Part shown: piece after piece, positions 16,882 through 27,482 of the stretch
Layout: each line of letters starts with the position of its first letter
How positions within the stretch are numbered: the stretch's first letter is position 1
DNA from: an uncultured Solirubrobacterales bacterium
Lineage (GTDB): Bacteria > Actinomycetota > Thermoleophilia > Solirubrobacterales > Solirubrobacteraceae
Assembly: GCA_963837135.1 (NCBI GenBank)
Contig: CAWILV010000004.1
Location: 487,026-551,025 of the forward strand
DNA length: 64,000 nucleotides
Direction: 5' to 3'
Program-made: the position numbers and the translations under genes
Notes under the pieces: generated by a model
Told to the model about the DNA's origin: nothing
Database searches by the model: none
The model's input: the letters and a program-made list of their open reading frames with translations, nothing else

Positions 16882-17964
16882 GATACGTCGCTGCGGCGCA
16901 CAGCCCTGTTCGACCGCCACGTCGCCGCGGGTGCGAAGCTCGTCGAGTTCGCCGGCTGGGAGATGCCGATTCAATACGAGGGAGTCCGCCAGGAGCACAT
17001 GGCGGTGCGTGAGGACGTCGGCGTGTTCGACGTGTCGCACATGGGCGAGATCGAGACCTCGGGCCCCGACGCGCTCGCGCTGCTGCAAAGATTGCTCTCG
17101 AACGATGTAGCTCAGGTCCCGATTGGCGGCGCTCAATACTCCGTGCTGTGCCGCGAGGACGGCGGCGTGCTCGATGACCTGTTCACCTATCGCTTGGACC
17201 TCAACCGCTATCTGACGGTGACGAACGCGGCCAACCACGAGCGTGATCTCGCCTGGTTCCAGGAGCACTCAGAAGGCTTTGGCGACGTGGAGGTGACCGA
17301 TCGGCTGGATGACTACGCGATGCTCGCCGTCCAAGGTCCGCGCGCGAGGGAGCTCGTGCAGGCGATTTCCGACGCGCCGCTGCCCGCCCGGATGACAGCG
17401 GCCACACGACGCCTGATGGGAGCAGATGTACTGGTATGTGGAACCGGTTACACTGGCGAGGACGGCGTCGAGCTGCTCGCCTCGCCCCGCGATGCCCCCA
17501 TGTTGTGGGACGAGCTTTTGCGACGCGGCGCCGTCCCTACAGGCTTGGCGGCGCGCGACACGCTGCGCCTGGAGGCCTGTTACCACCTCTACGGCAACGA
17601 TCTCTCGAGGGAGCGCGGCCCGATCGAAGCCGGACTCGGCTGGTGTTGCCGCGAGCAGACGGGGTTCATCGGCGCCGAGGCCGTACAGGCCGTGCGCGAG
17701 GCTGGGGTGGGTGGGTCATCAGGACAAAAGCTTGTCGCGTTCACGATCGAGGGCCCGGGAATCGCGCGGCAGGGCAACGCGGTGCTCGGTGGCGGCGAGG
17801 TCTGCAGCGGCACGCTGTCGCCGAGCCTCGGGGTTGGAATCGGCATGGCGTATGTCCCGGCCGCGCGGGCCGCGATCGGGACGCGCCTGGAAATCGACGT
17901 TCGTGGCAAGATCCGCCCGGCTGTCGTGAAGGAGAAGCCGCTTTACCGAAAGAAGGGCGCGTAA
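16867..17964 (+). CDS. gcvT: glycine cleavage system aminomethyltransferase (T protein)
   Basis: LRRTALFDRHVAAGAKLVEFAGWEMPIQY is the typical GcvT N-terminus. 365 aa. Confidence 0.93.
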   Translation: MSTPADTSLRRTALFDRHVAAGAKLVEFAGWEMPIQYEGVRQEHMAVREDVGVFDVSHMGEIETSGPDALALLQRLLSNDVAQVPIGGAQYSVLCREDGGVLDDLFTYRLDLNRYLTVTNAANHERDLAWFQEHSEGFGDVEVTDRLDDYAMLAVQGPRARELVQAISDAPLPARMTAATRRLMGADVLVCGTGYTGEDGVELLASPRDAPMLWDELLRRGAVPTGLAARDTLRLEACYHLYGNDLSRERGPIEAGLGWCCREQTGFIGAEAVQAVREAGVGGSSGQKLVAFTIEGPGIARQGNAVLGGGEVCSGTLSPSLGVGIGMAYVPAARAAIGTRLEIDVRGKIRPAVVKEKPLYRKKGA

Positions 17965-18354
17965 ATGGCCGAGGCAAACTACCCCCAAGACCTGCTGTAC
18001 CACCCCGAGCACGACTGGGCGCGCGTCGAAGACGATCTCGCCACGCTCGGCATCACCTGGTATGCGCAGGACGCGCTCGGCGAGGTCGTGTTCTTCGATC
18101 CGCCGGCGGTTGGGACCACGCTCGTCAAGGACGAGCCCTACGCCGAGGTCGAGTCGGTGAAGGCGGTCTCCGATGTGCTCGCGCCGCTGTCGGGGGAGAT
18201 CGTCGAGGTCAACGGCGACCTCGCTGCAGACCCCGGAGCGATCAACGAGGACCCCTACGGTGAGGGTTGGCTCGTGAAGATCAGGCTGGCCGAGCCGGCC
18301 GAGCGCGATGCGCTGCTGGACGCCGATGCCTACTCGGCCACGCTTGGTGGCTAG
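17965..18354 (+). CDS. gcvH: glycine cleavage system H protein
   Basis: 129 aa. Lipoyl-lysine motif ESVKAVSDV. ATG directly follows the gcvT stop. Confidence 0.95.
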   Translation: MAEANYPQDLLYHPEHDWARVEDDLATLGITWYAQDALGEVVFFDPPAVGTTLVKDEPYAEVESVKAVSDVLAPLSGEIVEVNGDLAADPGAINEDPYGEGWLVKIRLAEPAERDALLDADAYSATLGG

Positions 18355-18405
18355 CGATCTCCTCCCGGACGTTCCGGAGCGCGTCCTAAGCTAGACAGCG
18401 AGAAC

Positions 18406-19841
<1,436 letters not shown>

Positions 19842-19845
<4 letters not shown>

Positions 19846-21350
19846 GTCCCACGACGACGAACGAGCTTCCCCTGCAGCGTGAGCGCGCGAGGACGATCTT
19901 CGAGAAGGGAGCTCCGGGCCGCCGCGCGTTCGTATGCCCTGAGTGGGACGTGCCGCAGGTGAACGGCGAGGCGTTGCCGGAGCGTTTCCGCCGCAAGCAG
20001 CCACCGCGCCTGCCGGAGGTGTCCGAGCCGGAGATCGTGCGTCACTATGTCGGCCTGTCGAAGCGGAACTTCGATCTGGACTCCGGTTTTTACCCGCTGG
20101 GCTCGTGCACGATGAAGCACAACCCGCGGCTGCACGAGCGGGTCGCGGCGCTCCCTGGGCACGCGCGGCTGCATCCGCTGCAGGACCCCGAGAGGGCGCA
20201 GGGCGCGCTCGAGCTGATGTGGAACCTGCAGCAGGCGCTCGCGGAGATCTCGGGCCTGCCCTATGTCTCACTGCAACCATCCGCGGGTTCCCACGGCGAG
20301 CTGGCCGGGGTGCTGTTGACGCGCGCCTACCACGAGGCGCGGGGGGAGCAGAGGCACAAGGTGCTGACGCCGGACACCTCCCACGGGACGAACCCCGCGA
20401 CGGTCACGATGGCGGGCCTGGAGGTCGTGAAGGTCGCGACGAATCCGCAGGGTGGCGTCGATCTGGACGACCTGCGCGCGAAGGCCGATGGCGAGACGGC
20501 GTGCCTGATGCTGACGAACCCGAACACGCTCGGTCTGTTCGATCAGAACATCGAAGAGATCGCTCAGGTCGTGCACGGGGTGGGCGCGACGCTGTACTAC
20601 GACGGCGCGAACCTGAACGCGGTGATGGGCCTTTCCAGGCCGGGGGACATGGGCTTCGACATCGTGCACTTCAACCTGCACAAGTCCTTCACCCAGCCCC
20701 ACGGCGGAGGCGGCCCGGGGGCGGGCCCAATCGCCGTCTCGGACCGCATCGCCCCGTTCCTGCCGCGTCCGTTGGTGATACGTCGTGAGGAGGGTACCTT
20801 CGACCTCGACTTCGACCGCAAGCAGTCGATCGGCAGGCTGCGGGGCTTTCAGGGCAACTACGGCTGCTTCGTGCGCTCCTACGCCTACATCTGCTCGCTC
20901 GGCGGCGACGGACTCAAGGACGCCTCACAGACCGCGGTGCTGAACGCCAACTACCTGCTCGCACGCCTGAAGGAGGAGGGCATCGCCGAGCACCTGCCGC
21001 TCGCCTACGGGGAGCTGTGCCTGCACGAGTTCGTCCTCTCGGGTGGTCCGATGAAGAAGGCGCTCGGACTCAAGACGCTCGACCTGGCCAAGCGCCTGCT
21101 CGACTTCGGCTTTCACCCGCCGACGGTCTACTTCCCGCTGCTCGTCGAGGAGGCTTTGATGATCGAGCCGACCGAGACCGAGTGCAAGGAGACGCTGGAT
21201 GCGTTCGCCGACGCGATCGCGGAGATCCTGCGCGAGGCGACGATGGACGGGCCTGAGGTCGCGCAGAACGCTCCATATACCACCCCGGTGCGCCGGCTCG
21301 ATGAGGTCGCCGCCGCAAAGCACCCGGTCATTCGTCAAGTGCTTGCCTGA
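19842..21350 (+). CDS. gcvPB: glycine dehydrogenase (aminomethyl-transferring) subunit 2
   Basis: 502 aa. PLP-lysine motif FNLHKSF. ATGA overlap with gcvPA. Confidence 0.92.
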
Positions 21351-21420
21351 GTCAGGCGCCACGGGAGCGACGGCAATATGAGATGGCCGCTGGCTGCGTC
21401 GCTTCGTTAGCCTGCCGCGA

Positions 21421-22434
21421 ATGCGCATCTTCTCCGGCATTCAGCCCACCGGCCGTAAGCACCTGGGCAACTACATCGGGGCGATCGCTCAGTACATATC
21501 AAGCCAGGAGCGTGGTGAGGGAATCTTCTGCATCGTGGACCTGCATGCGATCACTGTCGCCTACGAGCGGGGCGAGCTGCGTGATCGTCTCCACGACACG
21601 GCGGCGATCCTGCTTGCCGCCGGGCTTGATCCGGAGCGATGCATCCTGTTTCGCCAAAGCGATGTGCGCGAGCACACCGAGCTGACATGGCTCCTGTCAA
21701 GCGTGACGGAGCTCGGACGACTCCAGCGGATGCACCAGTTCCGTGACAAGTCGACAACGCAGCGCGAGCTCGTGTCCGCCGGTCTGCTCCTGTACCCGGT
21801 GCTGCAGGCGGCCGACGTCCTCGCCTACCGCGCCCAGGAGGTGCCGGTGGGCGAGGACCAGCGCGAGCACCTGGAGCTAATGCGCGACGTCGCGCGGCGC
21901 TTCAACGCGCGCTTCGGCGACGGCGAGGAGGTGCTGGTCGTTCCCGAGCACCGGATCCCCACGGTCGGGGCCAGGATCATGGACCTTCAGAACCCGACGG
22001 CGAAGATGTCGACGACGGGTGGCTCTGAACAGGGCACCGTCTACGTGCTCGACGAGGCGCAGGCGATCGAAAAGAAGTTCAAGAGCGCGGTGACCGACTC
22101 CGGCAGCGAGGTGCGCCGGGCGGAGGACAAGCCGGGCGTGAGCAACCTGATCGAGATCCTCGCCGCCGTTCGCGGCCAGATGCCGGAGGAGGTCGAGGAT
22201 GAGATGCGAGATGCGCGCTACGGTGAACTGAAGGGCGCAGTTGCGACAGCGGTGATCGACTACCTGGCGCCCGTGCGCGAGCGCTATACCGACCTGCGCG
22301 CGGATGAGGGCAAGCTCGAGGCGATCCTCGAGGACGGCGCCGAGCGGGCTAGGAAGATCGCCGGCGAGACGCTTGCGGACGTGCGCGAGCGTATGGGTGT
22401 CGGCGCGCGCGGGCGGGGTGGCCATCTTGCCTGA
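21421..22434 (+). CDS. trpS: tryptophan--tRNA ligase
   Basis: The N-terminus MRIFSGIQPTGRKHLGNYIG (HIGH-type) and KMSTT (KMSKS-type). 337 aa. Confidence 0.93.
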   Translation: MRIFSGIQPTGRKHLGNYIGAIAQYISSQERGEGIFCIVDLHAITVAYERGELRDRLHDTAAILLAAGLDPERCILFRQSDVREHTELTWLLSSVTELGRLQRMHQFRDKSTTQRELVSAGLLLYPVLQAADVLAYRAQEVPVGEDQREHLELMRDVARRFNARFGDGEEVLVVPEHRIPTVGARIMDLQNPTAKMSTTGGSEQGTVYVLDEAQAIEKKFKSAVTDSGSEVRRAEDKPGVSNLIEILAAVRGQMPEEVEDEMRDARYGELKGAVATAVIDYLAPVRERYTDLRADEGKLEAILEDGAERARKIAGETLADVRERMGVGARGRGGHLA

Positions 22435-22452
22435 CCGGTACGGTGTGAACGG

Positions 22453-23214
22453 ATGAGTATCGCCACGCTCGAGCTGGACCTGGATCTCTTCAGCGGTCCG
22501 TTCGACCTGCTGTTGACGCTGATCCTGCGCGAAGAGATCGACCTGCTCGAGCTGGCGCTGGCCGACGTCGTGCTCGCTTATCTCGACCACCTCGAGGCCC
22601 GTGGCGATCTGGACCTGGAGACCGCGACCGAGTTCATCGTGCTGATCGCCGCGCTGCTGGAGCTGAAGTCGCGGCTGATGCTGAGCGGCGAGGACGATGA
22701 CGAGCTGCTCGACATCGAGCCGGCAGAGGCGGCGGAGGAGCTGCTGGAAAGGATGCTGGAGGCCCGGCGCTACCGTGCGGCGGCCGGGCACCTGGGCGAG
22801 TTGCTACAGCGCGAGGAAGGTGTGCGCTTCCGCGAAGCGCCGCTGCCGGCGAGCCTGCGTAAAGCCATGACTCAGCCGACGGACGGCTCCCAGAACCCGG
22901 AGGTCCTCGGCGAGGCGCTCGGACGGTTGTTGCAGATGCCGCCGGCAATCAGCCTGCGCCACATCGGCGTGCCGAGGATTACGGTGGCGGAGCGCTTGGC
23001 CCACCTGCGCGGTCTGCTACGGCGCGGGCGTTTCAGTTTCGACGAGGCCGTGCAGGGTGCCGATCGGATGACGGTTGCGGTCACGCTGTTCGCGCTGCTG
23101 GAGCTCTATAAGCGCGGCGAGGCCGACTGGGAGCAGGGGGAGAGCTTTGGCGAGATCGCGGTGCACGCACGTGCGCAGCCGGTGAAGAGCTACGGCGAGA
23201 GAATCGCCGGGTGA
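22453..23214 (+). CDS. scpA: segregation and condensation protein A
   Basis: The typical ScpA N-terminus LDLFSGPFDLLLTLI. Followed by scpB. Confidence 0.88.
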   Translation: MSIATLELDLDLFSGPFDLLLTLILREEIDLLELALADVVLAYLDHLEARGDLDLETATEFIVLIAALLELKSRLMLSGEDDDELLDIEPAEAAEELLERMLEARRYRAAAGHLGELLQREEGVRFREAPLPASLRKAMTQPTDGSQNPEVLGEALGRLLQMPPAISLRHIGVPRITVAERLAHLRGLLRRGRFSFDEAVQGADRMTVAVTLFALLELYKRGEADWEQGESFGEIAVHARAQPVKSYGERIAG

Positions 23215-23927
23215 GCGGGAGCGGGACGATGGACGTGATGGACGCGACCGAGCTGCAGCGAAGTCATTCTCAGGAGCAGCGCCTGGCGCCGGAGCGGGTT
23301 GGCTCGTTGGAGGAGCGCGCCGGTGAGGTGTCCGGGGAGATGCCAACGCTCCAGCGCACGGTCGAGGCGCTGCTGTTCCTCGCCCCCGATCCGCTGAGCG
23401 AGCAGGAGCTGGCCGAAGCTACGGAGGTCGATGCACACGAGGTGCAAGCCGCGTTGAGCGTACTCGCCGAGCAGTACGTGCAGGGCCGGCGCGGGATCAC
23501 GCTACGCGAGCTGGGAGGCGGCTGGACGCTTGCGAGCGACCCCGCAGCCGAGGACGCGGCCCGGCGCCTGTTCAGTCGCAAGCGCGTGGCGAGGCTCAGC
23601 CCGGCGCAGGCAGAGACGCTGGCGATCGTCGCCTACCTGCAGCCGATCTCTCGTCCGGAGATCACGCGCATCCGCGGCGTGAGCGCCGACTCGGCGACCG
23701 CGACGCTGCTGGAGCGAGGCCTGATCGAGGAGGCCGGGCGCTCCCAGTTCGGCGCCGTGCTCTACCGCACGGGCACGCAGTTCCTGAAGCTGTTTGGCCT
23801 GCGCACGCTCGATGATCTCCCCGACGTCGCCCGCTGGGACCCGACGCCGGAGGAGCAGGCGACGCTGCGCGAGCGGCTCCTGCGTGCCGGCGAGGCCCGC
23901 GCGGGTGGCGGTCCACCGGCGGAGTGA
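23211..23927 (+). CDS. scpB: segregation and condensation protein B
   Basis: ScpB winged-helix repeats (VEALLFLAPDPLS, AETLAIVAYLQPISRPEI). GTGA overlap with scpA. The N-terminal 40 aa may be shorter in reality. Confidence 0.85.
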   Translation: MSGSGTMDVMDATELQRSHSQEQRLAPERVGSLEERAGEVSGEMPTLQRTVEALLFLAPDPLSEQELAEATEVDAHEVQAALSVLAEQYVQGRRGITLRELGGGWTLASDPAAEDAARRLFSRKRVARLSPAQAETLAIVAYLQPISRPEITRIRGVSADSATATLLERGLIEEAGRSQFGAVLYRTGTQFLKLFGLRTLDDLPDVARWDPTPEEQATLRERLLRAGEARAGGGPPAE

Positions 23928-23928
23928 T

Positions 23929-24939
23929 TCAGCCCGTCCTGGCAGCGAGCTGACCACACGCCGCGTCGATGTCGCGCCCGCGTGTCAGACGGACGGTCAC
24001 CGGGATGTTGCGGGATTCGAGCGCTGAGCGGAACGCGGCGATCGACTCGCGCGAGGAGCCTTCGTAGGGCGAGTCGGTGGGGTTGAAGGGGATCAGGTTG
24101 ACCTTGAAGATCGAAGGCTGGGCGGGCGGGCCTGATGACGGGCCGGACAACGCGCGGGCGAGCGCGAGCGCCTGTTGATAGCGGTCGTTGACGCCCGCGA
24201 GCATTACGTACTCGACGAATACGCGGCGATGCTTGCGTGCGTAGAACGCGCGGCACGCTTCGAGCACGTCCTTCAGCGGATAGCGCTCGTTGACGGGCAT
24301 CAGCTCCGAGCGCAGCGCCTCGTCGGCCGCGTGCAGCGACAGGGCTAGGCGCAATGGCATCGGTTGCTCCGCGAGCCGTTCGATCCCGGGGATCCAGCCG
24401 ACGGTGGAGATCGCGGTGCGCCGGTGAGTGATGCCGATCTCAGGCAGCCGCTCGCAGGCGGCGAGAACGTTGTCGAGGTTCAGCATCGGCTCGCCCATGC
24501 CCATGAACACACAGTGGTCGAGCGGCTCGATCCGGCGGAAGTAGAGCGCCTGGTCGAGGATCTCCGAGGCAGTGAGGTTGCGCGCGAATTTCATCTGCCC
24601 GGTCGCGCAGAACGTGCATGTGAGCGGACAGCCGGACTGCGAGGAGACGCAGATCGAGCGCCGCTTGTCGCGGTAGCGCATCAGCACCGCCTCCAGTGGA
24701 CGATGATCGAAGGTCTTAAACAGCGCCTTGATCGTGCCGTCGCTCGATCGAGCCTCCTCGGATACGGAGAGGCTGGAGAACGGCAACTCGCGCGTGAGTG
24801 TCTCGCGCAGAGCACTCGGGAGGTTCGTCATCTGCTCGTAGCCGTCCACGCCCTTAGCCGCCCACGCCCAGATCTGGCCGGCGCGAAAGCGCGGCTCGCC
24901 GTGCGCGGCGAGCGTCTGGTTGAGGAGCGCGAGATCCAT
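23929..24939 (-). CDS. rlmN: 23S rRNA/tRNA adenine-C2 methyltransferase RlmN (radical SAM)
   Basis: PRFRAGQIW N-terminus and radical-SAM CPLTCTFCATG. Its stop lies 1 nt from the convergent scpB stop. Confidence 0.92.
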   Translation of the reverse strand: MDLALLNQTLAAHGEPRFRAGQIWAWAAKGVDGYEQMTNLPSALRETLTRELPFSSLSVSEEARSSDGTIKALFKTFDHRPLEAVLMRYRDKRRSICVSSQSGCPLTCTFCATGQMKFARNLTASEILDQALYFRRIEPLDHCVFMGMGEPMLNLDNVLAACERLPEIGITHRRTAISTVGWIPGIERLAEQPMPLRLALSLHAADEALRSELMPVNERYPLKDVLEACRAFYARKHRRVFVEYVMLAGVNDRYQQALALARALSGPSSGPPAQPSIFKVNLIPFNPTDSPYEGSSRESIAAFRSALESRNIPVTVRLTRGRDIDAACGQLAARTG

Positions 24940-24993
24940 TGCCCCTATGGTGGCAGCCGATGCGTTTCCTTATCGACTTCTCGATCAGCCTGA

Positions 24994-25761
24994 ATGACGT
25001 CAGAGCCGATGAACGCGCCACGGAATCGAGTCGATGAGGCCCGCGACGGATTTCAACCGATGCGCTTAGCCAAGTACCTCGCCCACGCCGGTGTCGCCTC
25101 GCGGCGCGCGGCCGAGTCTGTGATCGCCGACGGGCGTGTGAGCGTCGACGGGGAGATCGTGCTCGATCCTGCCCGCGACGTGGGCGAGGAGAACCGCGTG
25201 ACGGTCGATGGCCACGCCTTGGCCGGTCCCGAGGCGCGCGTCGTCTACGCCGTCAACAAGCCGCTCGGCGTGGTGTCCACCGCGCGCGACTCCCACGGCC
25301 GCCGGACGGTTGTCGAGCTTGTTCGCGCTGAAGGACTGCGCCTGTATCCGGTCGGGCGCCTGGATGCGGACTCGAGCGGGCTGATCCTGCTCACCAACGA
25401 CGGCGAGCTCGCCAACCGACTGACGCATCCGCGCTTCGAAGTGTCGAAGACCTACCGCGCGACGCTCGGCGGCCCCGTGGGGGATGGTGCCCTGCGGGCG
25501 CTTCGTCGCGGCGTCGAGCTGGATGACGGCCCCACCGCGCCGGCGCGCGTGCGCCGGATGGGTGGGCGGGGATCGAATCTGATTGAGCTGACGATCCACG
25601 AAGGTCGTAACCGCCAGGTGCGACGCATGTGCGAGGCGGTCGGCCACCCGCTGCTGGCGCTGGAGCGTGTTGCGTTTGGCCCGCTGGAACTGGACGGTCT
25701 CGCGGCCGGTGCGCATCGGCGCCTGAGCGAGCATGAGACCGAGCGCTTACGCGCGCTCTGA
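24994..25761 (+). CDS. rluB: pseudouridine synthase, RsuA/RluB family
   Basis: S4 domain (RLAKYLAHAGVASRR) and catalytic GRLDADSSGLILLTNDG. ATG 25060 (MRLAKYL...) is an equally plausible start. Confidence 0.88.
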   Translation: MTSEPMNAPRNRVDEARDGFQPMRLAKYLAHAGVASRRAAESVIADGRVSVDGEIVLDPARDVGEENRVTVDGHALAGPEARVVYAVNKPLGVVSTARDSHGRRTVVELVRAEGLRLYPVGRLDADSSGLILLTNDGELANRLTHPRFEVSKTYRATLGGPVGDGALRALRRGVELDDGPTAPARVRRMGGRGSNLIELTIHEGRNRQVRRMCEAVGHPLLALERVAFGPLELDGLAAGAHRRLSEHETERLRAL

Positions 25762-25775
25762 CACAATCGGCACAG

Positions 25776-26147
25776 ATGCCGGAACGTCTCTTCGCCCTGC
25801 GCGGCGCCATCAGCGTCGATCGCAACGACGCGCAGGACATCCTCGATGCCACCTCGGAGCTGATGGAGGCGATCATGGAGCGCAACGCGCTCGCACCGGA
25901 GCACGTCGTCAGTTGCATCTTCACCGCCACGAACGATCTCAACGCGGAGTTCCCAGCCGTGGCCGCCCGGGCGCTCGGCTTCGATCGCGTGCCGCTGCTC
26001 TGCGCGCGAGAGATCCCCGTGCCGCGCGCGCTCCCGCGCGTGATCAGGGTGCTGATCCATTACTACGCCGACTCCGACCACGAGTCCCGGCACGTGTACC
26101 TCGGTGACGCGAGCGCGCTGCGGGCGGACCTGCAGTCGGCACAATAG
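25776..26147 (+). CDS. aroH: chorismate mutase, AroH class
   Basis: 123 aa. LRGAISVD..., FTATNDLNAEFPA and RHVYL match the Bacillus AroH-type monofunctional mutase from memory. Confidence 0.85.
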   Translation: MPERLFALRGAISVDRNDAQDILDATSELMEAIMERNALAPEHVVSCIFTATNDLNAEFPAVAARALGFDRVPLLCAREIPVPRALPRVIRVLIHYYADSDHESRHVYLGDASALRADLQSAQ

Positions 26148-26154
26148 GTCCGAG

Positions 26155-27234
26155 ATGACACTCGAGTTCACAGAGCGGATCGCGCGCATCCCCGTCTATC
26201 CGGCGGCAGGCGGCTACGCCCAGCAGGAGCCCTTGGTGCGTCTGGCCAGCAACGAGTCGCCCTACCCGCCGCTCACGGAGGTGCGCGAAGCGATCGAGCA
26301 CGCGCTCAGCTCCCTCAACCGGTATCCCGACCCGACCAACTCGGTTCTTCGTGCCCGCTTGTCCGACCGCTACGGGGTCCCCGCCTCGCGGATCGCGATC
26401 GGCAACGGCTCCTGCGACGTGCTGCTCGCCGCCGGCGAGGCGCTGCTCGAGCCCGGCGCCGAGATCGTCTACGCATGGCCGTCGTTCTCGATCTATCCGC
26501 ACCTCTCCGCCGCCTCCGGTGCCCGTGCTGTGACCATCCCGCTCGACGCCGGCGAACGCCACGACCTGCAGGCGATGCTGCGCGAGATCACCGTCGCGAC
26601 CCGCCTGGCGATCGTGTGCAACCCGAACAATCCAACCTCGACCGCCCTACCGCTTGCGGACATCGCCGCGTTCGTCGCCGAGGTCCCCCCGCACGTATGC
26701 GTGATCCTCGACGAGGCCTATTGCGAGTTCAACCTGCTCGACGACCCCGACTCCTCGCTACAGCTGCTCGACCGCCACCCGAACCTCGTGCTGCTGCGCA
26801 CCTTCTCCAAGGTCTATGGCCTCTGCGGGCTGCGCGTCGGCTTCGCCCTGTGCGGCTCGGAGGATCTGCCGCGCGCGGTCGATCAGGTCCGCCAGCCGTT
26901 CTTCTGCAACGCCCTCGCCCAGGCGGCGGCGGTCGAGGCGCTCGCCCATCAGGACGCGGTGATCGAGCGCGTGACGCGCACGATCGCCGAGCGCCTGTCG
27001 GTCGACGAGCGGCTGCGCGCACTGGGCCTCGACCCGGCGATCTCGCAGGCCAACTTCTGCTGGTTTGCGCTGGGCGAGGACCGCGACGAGGCCGAGGTCA
27101 TGCGCGGCCTCGAAGAACGCGGTGTGCTCGTGCGAAGCGGCAGTGCGCTCGGTCGCGCGGGCGCGCTGCGCGTCACCTGCGGCACCTCCGAGGAAAACGA
27201 ACGCTTCCTGGAGGCACTTGCCGAGGTGCTTTGA
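26155..27234 (+). CDS. hisC: histidinol-phosphate / aromatic aminotransferase
   Basis: Class II aminotransferase (NPNNPT, FSKVYGLCGLRVG with the PLP lysine). Start ATG 26155 inside track ORF 26104..27234. Confidence 0.88.
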   Translation: MTLEFTERIARIPVYPAAGGYAQQEPLVRLASNESPYPPLTEVREAIEHALSSLNRYPDPTNSVLRARLSDRYGVPASRIAIGNGSCDVLLAAGEALLEPGAEIVYAWPSFSIYPHLSAASGARAVTIPLDAGERHDLQAMLREITVATRLAIVCNPNNPTSTALPLADIAAFVAEVPPHVCVILDEAYCEFNLLDDPDSSLQLLDRHPNLVLLRTFSKVYGLCGLRVGFALCGSEDLPRAVDQVRQPFFCNALAQAAAVEALAHQDAVIERVTRTIAERLSVDERLRALGLDPAISQANFCWFALGEDRDEAEVMRGLEERGVLVRSGSALGRAGALRVTCGTSEENERFLEALAEVL

Positions 27235-27254
27235 AGGTGCTACAACTGCATGTG

Positions 27255-27338
27255 ATGATCACCTTCGCGCCCGTATCGACGCTTGACATCCCCGCGCGTG
27301 CCACGTGGTCGTCCTACCGCACCTGGCGATTTAGCTAG
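27255..27338 (+). CDS. candidate leader peptide MITFAPVSTLDIPARATWSSYRTWRFS (speculative)
   Basis: 27-codon ORF opening the 248-nt hisC-DAHP synthase spacer. Two Trp, one Tyr and two Phe codons. The Shine-Dalgarno-like site (AAGGTG) is weak and 15 nt away. See findings. Confidence 0.25.
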   Translation: MITFAPVSTLDIPARATWSSYRTWRFS

Positions 27339-27482
27339 GCGCTTCGGCCTTACCCGTTCGTGAGCGGGTTTCCCTGGCCGCCTTGGGTCCTCTTTCGGAC
27401 CGAGTGCCGTTCCCAAGGGCGTTCCGCGCCCCTCTCGCGCAACCAACACACAAGCTCCAGGTGTAAGTGAAAGGATGAATCG
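27339..27482 (+). promoter_or_regulatory. structured 5' leader of the DAHP synthase-tyrA-aroA genes
   Basis: Stem-loops ACCCG/CGGGT (27352-27369, followed by TTT), CCTTGGG/CCCAAGG (27381-27418) and GGGCG/CGCCC (27417-27431). The last two are mutually exclusive. Shine-Dalgarno GAAAGGA at 27469-27475. Confidence 0.3.

Noticed and set aside
27235-27482. A T-box leader or known riboswitch upstream of the DAHP synthase.
   Set aside because: By eye I could not find the conserved T-box sequence (UGGNACCGCG-like), a specifier-loop/GA-motif arrangement, or the cores of other familiar riboswitch classes. The region is kept only as an unclassified structured leader or possible attenuator.
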